Origin: an uncultured Acidobacteriota bacterium | GTDB taxonomy: Bacteria > Acidobacteriota > UBA6911 > RPQK01 > JAPXNP01 | Assembly (NCBI GenBank): GCA_963777605.1 | Contig: CAVZRV010000007.1 | Location: 448,001-512,000 of the forward strand | Direction of reading: 5' to 3' | Length of the DNA stretch: 64,000 nt | In this document: piece after piece, positions 37,809 through 47,188 of the stretch | How positions within the stretch are numbered: position 1 is the first letter of the stretch | Layout of the letters: every line of letters starts with the position of its first letter | Made by a program: the position numbers and the translations under genes | The notes under the pieces: generated by a model | The model's input: the letters and a program-made list of their open reading frames with translations, nothing else | Database searches by the model: none | What the model was told of the DNA's origin: nothing

Positions 37809-37989
37809 CAATCTCTGTGCCTTTCCAGCCAACCGGAACTCGGAAGGTGACGTCCGGGACCGATGGCCGAGCGAACAGCCTGCCCGGACAATGATACAGC
37901 GGTAGCGGCCGGGCCGACAGGATCCGCCAACGGCGTAGTAGCCGCACGCTCACTTGCTCACGACAACACGATCCCGCTATGCTCACAGG

Positions 37990-39171
37990 GTGACCAAACA
38001 GATCCCGATATTCCGACCGGCTTTTGGCCCGGAAGAACTTGATGCGCTCGCCCAGGTTTTCAAGAGTGGCTGGCTTGGGCCCGGGCCCAAAGCGGCCCAG
38101 TTTGAAGAACGGTTCGCCTCCTACGTTGGGGCCAACCAGGCCGTTTCGGTAACCAGTTGCACGGCGGCGCTGCACCTGACGCTGCTGGCGTTGGGTCTCG
38201 GTCCCGGAGACGAGGTCCTGGTGCCTTCGCTCTCGTTCGCGTCAACGGCTCACGCAGCTCTCTTCTGCGGCTGCTCGGTGACTTTCGTCGATGTCGAACC
38301 CGCTACCTGCACCCTGGATCCGACGGACCTGGCTGCCAAAATTACGCCTCGCAGCCGGGCGGTTATCCCGGTGCACTACGGCGGACATGCCGCGCAGATG
38401 GACCGGATCTGGGATCTCTCGGAAGCGCACGGTATCCACGTGATCGAGGATGCTGCTCACGCCTGCGGCGCATCGTACCGGGGCAGCCGCACCGGCGGAC
38501 ACCGTCGATCGGCTGCTACCTGCTTCAGTTTCAATACCTTGAAGAATCTCTCAACGGGAGATGGCGGGATGGTCACGACCCATTCCAGCGAGTTGTCCGA
38601 CACGATTCGCCGGCTGCGCTGGATGGGAATCAACCGCAATACGTTTGAACGCACCACCGGGGTGGCCGAGACATCTGAAGAGAACCCGCTTCCCCGCTAC
38701 GAGTGGTACTACGAGATTGCGGAACTCGGCTACAAGTACATCATGAATGACATCGCGGCGACGCTGGGGCTCGTTCAACTCGAGAAGTTTCCGGCGATGC
38801 AGGCCCGGCGCCGGGAGATGGTCCGTTACTATCGGGAAGCACTCGCGGGATTGGATTGGCTCTCCCTGCCCGTCGAAAAAGACTATTGCGAGAGTGCCTG
38901 GCACCTCTTCGCAGTTCGGACGCCTTACCGCGATAGACTCCGCAAGCATCTGCAGGACCAGGCTATCGCAACCAGCGTTCACTACTACCCGCTTCACCTG
39001 CAGCCCCTCTACCGGAATCGCCGACGGGTCAGCCTGCCCGTTACCGAGCAACTCGCCCGCGAACTGTTGACGATCCCGTTTCACCCCAACCTCGAGTTCG
39101 AGGAAATTGATCGTGTGATCGACGCAGTCCGCTCGTTCGAACCCTGTGTCGTTCCATCAACCGGAGCCTGA
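37990..39171 (+). CDS. DegT/DnrJ/EryC1/StrS PLP-dependent sugar aminotransferase
   Basis: SCTAALHL, GDEVLVP, PVHYGG, VIEDAAHA, FSFNTLKNLSTGDGG. Confidence 0.95.
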   Translation: MTKQIPIFRPAFGPEELDALAQVFKSGWLGPGPKAAQFEERFASYVGANQAVSVTSCTAALHLTLLALGLGPGDEVLVPSLSFASTAHAALFCGCSVTFVDVEPATCTLDPTDLAAKITPRSRAVIPVHYGGHAAQMDRIWDLSEAHGIHVIEDAAHACGASYRGSRTGGHRRSAATCFSFNTLKNLSTGDGGMVTTHSSELSDTIRRLRWMGINRNTFERTTGVAETSEENPLPRYEWYYEIAELGYKYIMNDIAATLGLVQLEKFPAMQARRREMVRYYREALAGLDWLSLPVEKDYCESAWHLFAVRTPYRDRLRKHLQDQAIATSVHYYPLHLQPLYRNRRRVSLPVTEQLARELLTIPFHPNLEFEEIDRVIDAVRSFEPCVVPSTGA

Positions 39172-40165
39172 GAACGTGGGAGCAGACCGCAAAGCCACTC
39201 TGTTGATGATCAACTACAACGGCCGGCCCGACCTCGAGGACCTCCTGAATTCGCTCGCGGCCCAGTCAACGGACGACTTCGATCCCATCTTTCTCGACAA
39301 CGCCTCTCAGGACGGAAGCGTTGACTACGTCCGGGAGAACTTTCCCCGGGTGAAGGTCTGGGCCCAGGACACCAACCTCGGCTACGCGCGGGCCGCCAAC
39401 ATCGGGACGGCCAGGTTTCCAACCGAATACACCGTCTTCCTGAACACCGACATCCGGATGGAGCCCGACTGCATCGAACAGCTCATCGCCGTGGCCGACT
39501 CGGATCCCCGAATCGCCTGTGTGGCCGCCAAGATGAGGCTCTTCTATCAACCCGAATACCTCAACGGAGTCGGGGGAGCCATGAACTACATGGGCTACAC
39601 CTGGGACCGGGGCATGTTCGAGCTTGACGAGGGCCAATATGACCGGATCGAGGACGTGATCTTCGCCTGTGGTGGGGCTGCACTGGTCCGCCGATCCGCA
39701 TTCCTCGATGCGCGAGGTTACGACACCGGGTTCTACATGTACCACGAGGACGTCGATCTCTGCTGGCGGTTCTGGCTGCTGGGGCACCGGGTAGTCACGG
39801 CCCCTCAGTCGGTGGTCTACCACAAGTTCAGTCGGTCAACCCGGGACAACCGAGGCATGACGTGGCGGGAATTGATCGGCGAGCGCAACAACGTGCGCGC
39901 CATGATCAAGAACTATGAGACCTCGACGTTGCGTCGATCAATCCGTGACCTGCTCCGCCAGCCTCGGAAACCCGAGCGCCGAAAACAGATGCTCCGCAAC
40001 CTCCGCTGGAACGTCATCCATCTCCCCCAAACCCTCTGGCATCGAAGCTTCGTTCAGCGACGACGGCGAGTAACCGACGCCCAACTCACCCATCTCATCG
40101 ATGCCAGCCCGGAAGTTCCGGTCGATACCTCCGGGTTCACACTTGGAGAGATCAAAAGCTTCTGA
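39146..40165 (+). CDS. GT2 family glycosyltransferase (rhamnosyltransferase-like)
   Basis: INYNG, DNASQDGS, NLGYARAAN, FLNTD, YHEDVDLCWR. Confidence 0.93.
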   Translation: MSFHQPEPENVGADRKATLLMINYNGRPDLEDLLNSLAAQSTDDFDPIFLDNASQDGSVDYVRENFPRVKVWAQDTNLGYARAANIGTARFPTEYTVFLNTDIRMEPDCIEQLIAVADSDPRIACVAAKMRLFYQPEYLNGVGGAMNYMGYTWDRGMFELDEGQYDRIEDVIFACGGAALVRRSAFLDARGYDTGFYMYHEDVDLCWRFWLLGHRVVTAPQSVVYHKFSRSTRDNRGMTWRELIGERNNVRAMIKNYETSTLRRSIRDLLRQPRKPERRKQMLRNLRWNVIHLPQTLWHRSFVQRRRRVTDAQLTHLIDASPEVPVDTSGFTLGEIKSF

Positions 40166-40292
40166 GACAGGAGACAGGAATCTTACCTTTTCCGGTTTCC
40201 GGTTCATGGTTCCACGTTCAAGCTTTCGTGGGAGCGTGCCTAAAACCGCAATTGGATTCATTGGACAGCCTCGGGGCTCAGCGATGTCGGAA

Positions 40293-40457
40293 CCATAAGC
40301 CGTGGAAAACGTGGTGTTTCAATCTGGGGTGCCGGAAGCGACAGCTTCCGCTTTTGCCCGACACGGCACGATCCAAACTTCATCAGGAAGCGCAAGCTTC
40401 CGTTGCCACTTCCCCGGGGCACAGGACCGCATAACATTTGAGATTCTCGGCTTATGG
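40293..40457. repeat. 165-bp element with 10-bp terminal inverted repeats and two internal hairpins
   Basis: CCATAAGCCG / CGGCTTATGG ends; CGGAAGC-GACA-GCTTCCG 40333-40350 and GGAAGC-GCAA-GCTTCC 40386-40401. Confidence 0.5.
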
Positions 40458-40585
40458 GGCGTCTGGCCAACTTGGATCAAGATCAACAGATTTGGTAATA
40501 TTCGCCTTTTGCAGCCTCGGAAATCCGGGGCCAGGGCGGAGACCATTCGGTTTGCCGCCTCCTTCGAACGAGAGAGAGAACCGCC

Positions 40586-41146
40586 ATGAATGCGAGTCAT
40601 ATTCGTCGGGGAATGGTCATCCTGTTCAACGGGGAACCCCACAAAGTCATGGACTTTCAGCACCGGACGCCGGGCAATCTGCGTGCCTTCGTTCAGGCGA
40701 AGCTGCGCAACATCTCTTCCGGGACATCCTTCGACTATCGCTTCAGTTCGACGGAGACTGTCGAGCGGGCAATTCTCGAACAGCATGAGATGGAGTATCT
40801 CTATGCCGACGGGACTCTGCACCACTTCATGAACACGGAAACCTTTGAACAGTTCCCCCTCGATGAAGAGACCCTGGGAGATGCCTTGAACTACCTGCTT
40901 CCTGGCAGCAAGATCCAGATCGAATTCTTCAACGGTCAGCCAATCTCCGTGGAGCCACCTTCCGCGGTGGATCTGACCGTTGTTGAGACGGAGCCCGAGC
41001 TCAGAGGCGCCACTGCTTCGGCCAGCTACAAGCCCGCCAAGCTGGAGACCGGACTGATGGTGCAGGTCCCCCCGTTCATCAAGGAGGGTGACGTGGTCCG
41101 GATCAACACGACGGATGGTTCTTACCTGACCCGGGCCAAGTCCTGA
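40586..41146 (+). CDS. efp: Translation elongation factor P
   Basis: [46 protein letters not shown]. Confidence 0.97.
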   Translation: MNASHIRRGMVILFNGEPHKVMDFQHRTPGNLRAFVQAKLRNISSGTSFDYRFSSTETVERAILEQHEMEYLYADGTLHHFMNTETFEQFPLDEETLGDALNYLLPGSKIQIEFFNGQPISVEPPSAVDLTVVETEPELRGATASASYKPAKLETGLMVQVPPFIKEGDVVRINTTDGSYLTRAKS

Positions 41147-41173
41147 TTGCAGAGCCGGCGCCGGGCGGGACAG

Positions 41174-42103
41174 ATGTCAGGTGGGACTCCTCACAATCTG
41201 GTTTATCACGCGGGCGCTCTCGGCGATTTCGTCACCACGTATCCGGCCCTGGTCTGGTGGAGGGAACTCTGGCCGGCCGACCACATAATCTTTCTCGGGC
41301 GTCGCACTCACGGAGACCTCGCCCAGGCAGCGGCCGTCGTCGATCAGGTAATCGACGTCGATGCTGCTGCTGCTCTTCGGTTCTTTGGTTCGGGCCCGGA
41401 CGTTGACGCACGGCCGGTCCCAATTGAGCGGTCTCTCCTCTTTACTCGATCGGGTTCTCCGGTCGAGACTGCCCTCTCCTGCTCTGGCTGCCATCAGATC
41501 ACCCGGCAAGATCCCTTCCCGGCCGAGCCCGAGCCCATTGTTGAGTTTCACCTTTCTCTCTTCCCGAATCATCCGCCCTTGAACCAACTCTACCAACCCC
41601 TGCGCACCCTGGCGGAACGAGAAGGAGGAAAGTTCAGGCAGAACACTCCAATGATCCTGGCGCATCCCGGTAGCGGCGGGCAGGCGAAGGTTTGGTCTGA
41701 CGCACGTTTCCTCGAACTGGCAACCCGCCTGAAGTCAGACGGTTTTCAGGTTGGATGGTGCCTGGGCCCAGCGGAAGAATCCCTTCTACCCTCACGATTC
41801 GATCCGGCTTATTCGAACCTCTCCCTCCCCGAACTGTGCGGACTCCTCTGGCGGGCACGGCTCTTCATCGGAAATGACGCGGGAGTGACCCACCTGGCTG
41901 CAGCCCTGGGAGTTCCGACCGTCGCACTCTTCGGCCCGTCTGACCGAGTCGTCTGGGCGCCCGTCGAGGCAGGCGGGCCGGTTGCGGTCCTTTCCCCAAC
42001 CGATCTTCAAGGCCGTCCAGTGACAGGAACGATGGACGAAATCCCGGTCGAAGTAGCCTACCAGGCCGCAACCCGACTGCTCGGATTGGATCCCAACGAT
42101 TGA
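41174..42103 (+). CDS. GT9 family glycosyltransferase (ADP-heptose:LPS heptosyltransferase-like)
   Basis: GALGDFV, HPGSGG..KVW, FIGNDAGVTHLAAALGVPTVALFGPSD...WAP. Confidence 0.9.
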   Translation: MSGGTPHNLVYHAGALGDFVTTYPALVWWRELWPADHIIFLGRRTHGDLAQAAAVVDQVIDVDAAAALRFFGSGPDVDARPVPIERSLLFTRSGSPVETALSCSGCHQITRQDPFPAEPEPIVEFHLSLFPNHPPLNQLYQPLRTLAEREGGKFRQNTPMILAHPGSGGQAKVWSDARFLELATRLKSDGFQVGWCLGPAEESLLPSRFDPAYSNLSLPELCGLLWRARLFIGNDAGVTHLAAALGVPTVALFGPSDRVVWAPVEAGGPVAVLSPTDLQGRPVTGTMDEIPVEVAYQAATRLLGLDPND

Positions 42104-42149
42104 ATCATCCGTCTCCCTTTTCGCATCGGTTACACTAGGAACAACGAAC

Positions 42150-43175
42150 ATGATGAGATCCACATTGTCCCGATCGCTTCAAGTCGCCTGGCTTTTCACA
42201 CTGCTGGTTCCGCTGAATCTGGTCCCGCTCCTCGCCGCGGGGGAAAAGGTCAACCTCGACGGCTATGCCGAGTATCACAAGGGGAAATACCTCATTGTCG
42301 AGGGCCAGAAAATCTGGACCACCAACCGTACGCGTTTCAAGGGCAAGGGCATATACGGCCTGGACATGATTTCCCTTGGTTACGAAGTAAAAGTCCGCGG
42401 GCGGAGACAGCCCGACGGGACAGTGCTGGCGGAGCAGGTCGAGGCCAAACCAAACGGAACCGCTCTTTTCGAGCCCGACGTGCTCAAGGCTACGGACCAG
42501 ATCGAAGACATTTGGGTCAAAGAAGGATCCATGTTCACGGAGGATTCAGCCGGGAAGCGGGTCGAGGTTGGAAAGATCCTTGACTCCGGTCCCGACGTCG
42601 AGCGCGTTCGCAGGATCATGGCCCGCCTGGTCCCGCCCTACATCAAGTCCGATGACCTGCGCGTCCGGGTTGTGGAGACCAAGGAATGGAACGCATCGGC
42701 CATGGGGAATGGTGCCATCTGGGTCTACAGTGGACTTCTCCACGACATGTCCGACGACGAACTGTCCATCATTCTCGGCCATGAGCTGGCCCATTACACT
42801 TACGAGCACTCCCGGAAAGGGGCCAAGTCGTCGATGCTGGCTCAGTTGCTGGGAATCGGGGCGGCAGTCGGAGGCCAGGCCATCGGCGGCGCAGCCGGCA
42901 GCGCTACCCAGATTGGCGGACTGCTTGGCATGGCGGCGTTCCAGAGTGGATACAGTCGGGACATGGAGGACCAGGCAGACCGGGTCGGCCTTCGCTATGC
43001 ATACGAGGGAGGATATGCGGTGTCGGAGGGACCGGTGCTGTGGGAACGGTTCCGCGAAAAATACGGCGAGTCCGATACCATCAGCAACTTCTTCGTCGGC
43101 AGCCACTCGCGGCCCAGCGACCGGATCAGAAACATTGAGCGCGAGATTGAACTTAATTACGCGCGGGCCCGCTAG
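42150..43175 (+). CDS. M48 family zinc metalloprotease with N-terminal DUF5666-like domain
   Basis: WNASA..NG.IWVYSGLL, GHELAH, YSRDMEDQADRVG, SH....RI. Confidence 0.9.
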   Translation: MMRSTLSRSLQVAWLFTLLVPLNLVPLLAAGEKVNLDGYAEYHKGKYLIVEGQKIWTTNRTRFKGKGIYGLDMISLGYEVKVRGRRQPDGTVLAEQVEAKPNGTALFEPDVLKATDQIEDIWVKEGSMFTEDSAGKRVEVGKILDSGPDVERVRRIMARLVPPYIKSDDLRVRVVETKEWNASAMGNGAIWVYSGLLHDMSDDELSIILGHELAHYTYEHSRKGAKSSMLAQLLGIGAAVGGQAIGGAAGSATQIGGLLGMAAFQSGYSRDMEDQADRVGLRYAYEGGYAVSEGPVLWERFREKYGESDTISNFFVGSHSRPSDRIRNIEREIELNYARAR

Positions 43176-43202
43176 GTGCGTCCGCCATCCGGCTAACTGA
43201 CT

Positions 43203-43397
43203 ATGAATGACGGTGGCCCCAATAGTAAAAGGCCGAACTGCCGCCGCTGCCACAATTACTTCGTGACCTGGATCCCCGCCAAGCCCCATGGCTGCCGGGC
43301 ACTGAAATTCAGGTCGGCCCTGGAACCCAGCCTGGTGGTGTTCCAGTGTTCGGGAATGCCCTGCCGTCTTTTCCGGGCCAAGACACGCCCGGATTGA
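43203..43397 (+). CDS. Small Cys-rich conserved protein (64 aa)
   Basis: NCRRC..YFVTW....PHGC....FRS...PS..V...SG.PC..F pattern. Confidence 0.75.
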   Translation: MNDGGPNSKRPNCRRCHNYFVTWIPAKPHGCRALKFRSALEPSLVVFQCSGMPCRLFRAKTRPD

Positions 43398-43407
43398 CTT
43401 TGGTCAT
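43394..43407 (+). promoter_or_regulatory. Putative Fnr/Dnr-type binding box upstream of ywiC
   Basis: TTGAC-TTTG-GTCAT (one mismatch to TTGAC-N4-GTCAA), centred ~53 bp before the ATG; CAAACT -10-like hexamer at 43431. Confidence 0.5.
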
Positions 43408-43453
43408 TGCCGGACGGAGATGGTTCGCTTCAAACTGGGTTCCGTAAATCATC

Positions 43454-44260
43454 ATGAAGAAGAAACTCGGAATCCCAATTCCCGGTGAACATGGCGCGTG
43501 GGCGGTCCTGTATGCCTCTTTTGCCGTCGGGTGGGCTGCCTCGGACCCGGCTTTCGACGTCAAGATTATCCTCCTCCTGATCTCCGTCTCCGGCCTATTT
43601 CTCTCCCATGAGCCGCTGGTCAAGCTCCTCCGGGCAAGGAAGCATGGGGCCCCTTCAGAGAACCGCCTGCACTGGGTCAAATGGATGGGGATCTACCTTT
43701 CGGCAGCCCTCCTTGCCGGAGCGATCCTCCTCTTTGTCTATCAGCGTTGGATCTTGCTGGCCGGGGGACTACTGGCTGCAGTCCTCTTCTCGATTCACCT
43801 CCGCCTCGCTTTCCGACGCCGGGACCGAAACCTGGCGGGTGAGGTTCTCGGGATCATGGGGCTTACCCTGACCGCTCCGGCGGTGGCGATCACGGCTGTC
43901 GGGCATGTCGATAGCCGTGCCCTGCTGGTATGGCTCTCCTGTATCCTCTACTTCGCCAGTGGGATCTTCTACGTGAAGATGCGCGTCAGTCATCGGCTCA
44001 AGCCGGTCCACTTTTCCCTGCGGAAGCGGCAGTGCCTGGCTTACCACGCCGTTCTCCTGGTTCTGCTGATCGTGGCCTCGATCCTCCTTCAGCTTCCCGC
44101 CCTGATGCTGCTGGGCTTCGTCCCGATCATCACCCGGGCCGTCTGGCACGCGTTCCGCCCGGGAGGCACTCTGGACCTGAAGCAGATCGGCTATCGCGAA
44201 GTCCTTTACACGGTCATCTTTGCGATCTGCTCGGGCGTCGGCTGGATTGTGGCGGGATGA
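43454..44260 (+). CDS. YwiC-like membrane protein
   Basis: IPGEHGAWAVL N-terminal motif; FYVK; LKQIG..E C-terminal motif; multiple TM helices. Confidence 0.88.
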   Translation: MKKKLGIPIPGEHGAWAVLYASFAVGWAASDPAFDVKIILLLISVSGLFLSHEPLVKLLRARKHGAPSENRLHWVKWMGIYLSAALLAGAILLFVYQRWILLAGGLLAAVLFSIHLRLAFRRRDRNLAGEVLGIMGLTLTAPAVAITAVGHVDSRALLVWLSCILYFASGIFYVKMRVSHRLKPVHFSLRKRQCLAYHAVLLVLLIVASILLQLPALMLLGFVPIITRAVWHAFRPGGTLDLKQIGYREVLYTVIFAICSGVGWIVAG

Positions 44261-44303
44261 TCGTCTCCGGCACCGGGTTGCAGGCTGCACTCGACACCGC
44301 GGG

Positions 44304-44990
44304 TCACAGCCCTTCAACGTGGTCCCTCAACCCCTGCCGGTCGATCAGTTCCACGACCCGTCCGCGCTTGCGGATCCAGCCTTCTCGTTGAAGACGAGCG
44401 AACGACCTCGAAATAACTTCGCGCACACTGCCGATCAAGTCCGCGAGTTCCTGGTTGGTGTGCTCCAGGTGAAACGAAGTTCCGTCCCCGCTTCCGGTTC
44501 CCCGGTTCAAGAGGTACTCGGCAAGTCGCTGGCTCACGCCGCGCAGCGCCAGATCCTCGACCATGCCGGTGGCTTTTCGAAGCCGGCCGGCCAGGACCCT
44601 CAGAGCCTTCAGGGCCACCTGCGGATGCTGCAGGCAGAATGACTTCACCGCATCCTTGGGAATCAGGAGCAGGACGCTGTCCTCCACAGCGAAAACCGAA
44701 GAGGGGTAGGACCCGTCGTCGAAAACGGCTACTTCCGGGAAGGTCGATCCGGGAACGTCCTCGTGAATAATTTGTTCGCGACCGTCAGATCCGTGTCGGA
44801 TCGCTCGAGTGCGGCCTTCAACGACCACAAAGAGGCCCCTGCAGGCGTCTCCGGCGGAAAAGAGGAGATCGCCCGCGTTCAACTCAAACCTGCGCCCCTT
44901 CGACGCGAGCCGGAGCAGATCATCGAAGTCAACATCTGAAAAGAGCCGTGTCCGCGAGAGGGCGCCCGCCCAACTTTTATTCATCCCCAT
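44304..44990 (-). CDS. Crp/Fnr family transcriptional regulator (Dnr/HcpR-like, no N-terminal Cys cluster)
   Basis: DGREQII, F.EVAVFD...YP; HTH TNQELADLIGSVREVISR. Confidence 0.93.
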   Translation of the reverse strand: MGMNKSWAGALSRTRLFSDVDFDDLLRLASKGRRFELNAGDLLFSAGDACRGLFVVVEGRTRAIRHGSDGREQIIHEDVPGSTFPEVAVFDDGSYPSSVFAVEDSVLLLIPKDAVKSFCLQHPQVALKALRVLAGRLRKATGMVEDLALRGVSQRLAEYLLNRGTGSGDGTSFHLEHTNQELADLIGSVREVISRSFARLQREGWIRKRGRVVELIDRQGLRDHVEGL

Positions 44991-45044
44991 GCCTCCACAG
45001 CGCAGGCGGCCCCCAGTGTCCTGTCACCAGGGTCAACCGACAAT

Positions 45045-45905
45045 TCAGACACCGACTCTCACTACCTCAGCCATGAAGCTCTCGGGATCGACCGGGTTGG
45101 AATCACGCTCCGACACCATTGTCAACGGTCCCAACTGCGACGGGCGGCCGTGGACGCCACCGACAACACCCCCACCGATCAGCAACCACGGCGATTCATC
45201 GCCATGATCGGTCCCCGCCCAGGCATTCTCTTCGACACTACGACCGAACTCCGTTGCGACCAGGATCAGGACATCCGCGATTCGCCCTTCCCGGATCAAC
45301 TGCAGGGTCAACCGCGTGACGGCGTCCGAGACAGCCTTCAGCAATCCGCCGTGCCACCCGTCTCCCCGGCCCTGTCGGACATGGGTGTCAAATCCACGGA
45401 GCCCCAGCCTGAAAAACTGGTTCGGACGGGTTCCGGCAATCCGTCCGATCTTCGCGGCTCGCTGCTGAAACTCCTCAACCCCCGGGCAGGTCACGGCATC
45501 CGGGTCGTCCAGCTTGCGATTCAGAAGAATCCGGCTCCATCGGCTTCGGGCTCCGTAATGGGTCCCGGCGGGCTGCTCAAAGCCGACACCCTGCAGGACG
45601 GCTACCAACCCGCGGCTAAAGAGATCGTAAATCCCGGACAACGACTCCGGGAACCCAACGGTATCGTTGAGGGGAAGAACCCGATCCGGGGGAACTGAGG
45701 TGTGTGGCCGCCGTCGGTAATACCAGTCATTCCGGAAGGGGACGAGCAGGTTCAGCCCGTCGCAGCCACCCACCATCTCGAGAAGGACAATGGTGCCTCC
45801 CTGGTTCCAGCCGTCCCACAGGCACAATCCAGTTGCGCCTCTATCCCGCGGACGAGACGCCGCCAAGACTGCTGGCAGGGCGCCGATAAATTCTCTTCGT
45901 CTCAT
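45045..45905 (-). CDS. DUF1501 family protein (short), Tat-like leader
   Basis: MRRREFI; GGCDGLNLLVP...YY.RRP; GFDTH..Q; TEFGR...EN...GTDHG. Confidence 0.85.
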   Translation of the reverse strand: MRRREFIGALPAVLAASRPRDRGATGLCLWDGWNQGGTIVLLEMVGGCDGLNLLVPFRNDWYYRRRPHTSVPPDRVLPLNDTVGFPESLSGIYDLFSRGLVAVLQGVGFEQPAGTHYGARSRWSRILLNRKLDDPDAVTCPGVEEFQQRAAKIGRIAGTRPNQFFRLGLRGFDTHVRQGRGDGWHGGLLKAVSDAVTRLTLQLIREGRIADVLILVATEFGRSVEENAWAGTDHGDESPWLLIGGGVVGGVHGRPSQLGPLTMVSERDSNPVDPESFMAEVVRVGV

Positions 45906-46010
45906 GATTCCAGCCGATTCGTTTAGCCTGATCCTACCATGGGCTACGAACCATGTCAGACGGCTCCCATATTTTGGGCGAGAGGAGAAACCGGGTACCG
46001 GAGGCTGTCC

Positions 46011-46781
46011 GTGCAAAAACTCGTTGTCGCCAACTTCAAAGGCGGTGTGGGGAAAACCACGCTGGCCGTCAATCTGTCGGTTCAACTCTCTCACCGCATG
46101 AAGCGGAAGGTCCTTTTGGTCGACACTGACCCCAGCGCCAACGTCACCGCCCAACTGAAAGTCAGGGCCACGCACGCTCTCTCCGACCTGATCCTCGGCG
46201 AGGTCGAGGCCGAACAGGCAATCGTTCCGGTGCCGGATTTTGGATCCCTCTTTGTACTCCCTTCATCGCGGGCGACGCAGGCGACCGAAATGCGGATTGC
46301 TTCTCAGGTTGGCCGGGAACGAATTCTGGCTCGACGACTCCGGGGGTTGCGCGATTTTGACTACGTCATCTTCGACACGCCACCTTCGATTTCGATCATG
46401 GCCCAGAATGCCTTCGTCTGTGCCCGGCAGGTCCTGATCCCCGTTTCGATGGACCCGATGAGCCTGCTCGGAGCTTCCAATACCTTGGGCTTGCTGGAGG
46501 AAGTGCGAGAGGGACTCGACGTCCCCTGTTCCGTGATCGGGATCGTTCCCACGTTCGTGGATCACCGACTGATCATCACACGAGTCGTCATGGAAGCAAT
46601 CGACAAACGCTTTAAAGGAATCCCCATCCTGAACGAGATCCGTTCCGATACGGCGGTTCGTAAAGCCACCGCCTCCCAGGTCCCCATCGTCGAATACGCC
46701 CCCCGTTCGCGAGCGGCCGAGGATTTCGGACGCCTGGCCCGGCATCTCGAAGCCACTCTGGCGAAGGAGCAAAGTGCATGA
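46011..46781 (+). CDS. ParA/Soj family ATPase (orphan)
   Basis: Deviant Walker A NFKGGVGKTT; VLLVDTDP; DYVIFDTPPS; GTG start with GGAGG RBS. Confidence 0.93.
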   Translation: MQKLVVANFKGGVGKTTLAVNLSVQLSHRMKRKVLLVDTDPSANVTAQLKVRATHALSDLILGEVEAEQAIVPVPDFGSLFVLPSSRATQATEMRIASQVGRERILARRLRGLRDFDYVIFDTPPSISIMAQNAFVCARQVLIPVSMDPMSLLGASNTLGLLEEVREGLDVPCSVIGIVPTFVDHRLIITRVVMEAIDKRFKGIPILNEIRSDTAVRKATASQVPIVEYAPRSRAAEDFGRLARHLEATLAKEQSA

Positions 46782-47059
46782 AGAAAATTGAACTGTCGGA
46801 AGACTTCTTCTCCGGCATGGACCGAAAGAAAAGTAGCTCAGCCCAAGCGGGTCCAACCCGGCGCGAAGTCCAGGCCGTCAAGACCATTCTGGGGACCCAA
46901 CCACGGCCTCGGTCTCAGTCGAAGCCCCGCACGTCACATCCTCCAAACCGGCCGAGCCTCGGGACATTGCTGAGCCTCCCGTTTACGATGGCCGGTCACA
47001 TGATGAACCTGTGCGCCTCGGCGATCCGGGCGACCTTCCCGCCATTCAACCGGCGCTGA
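46778..47059 (+). CDS. Small hypothetical protein translationally coupled to ParA
   Basis: ATGA overlap with the parA stop and AAGGAG RBS; basic disordered middle, hydrophobic C-terminal helix. Confidence 0.65.
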   Translation: MKKIELSEDFFSGMDRKKSSSAQAGPTRREVQAVKTILGTQPRPRSQSKPRTSHPPNRPSLGTLLSLPFTMAGHMMNLCASAIRATFPPFNRR

Positions 47060-47088
47060 CAGAAAACCCAACTCTTGACCACCCGTTC

Positions 47089-47167
47089 TTGAACTCCCAG
47101 TCGCCAGGAACGCAAGGGTTCTTTGACTTCAAAGCCAATCTTGGCATCCCTGACAACTTCGGAATTC
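47089..47167. repeat. Degenerate palindromic element related to the one at 30137-30225
   Basis: TTGAACTCCCAGTCGCCAGGAACGCAAG resembles TTGAACCGCGAAGTCGCCAAGGCGCGAAG (reverse complement of 30195-30223); lies between convergent genes. Confidence 0.45.
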
Positions 47168-47188
47168 CCCCCGGAACCCGAAACACCC

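Noticed and set aside
43203-43397. Uracil-DNA glycosylase label that I recall being applied to similar small proteins
   Set aside because: 64 aa is far too short and no UDG motifs are present
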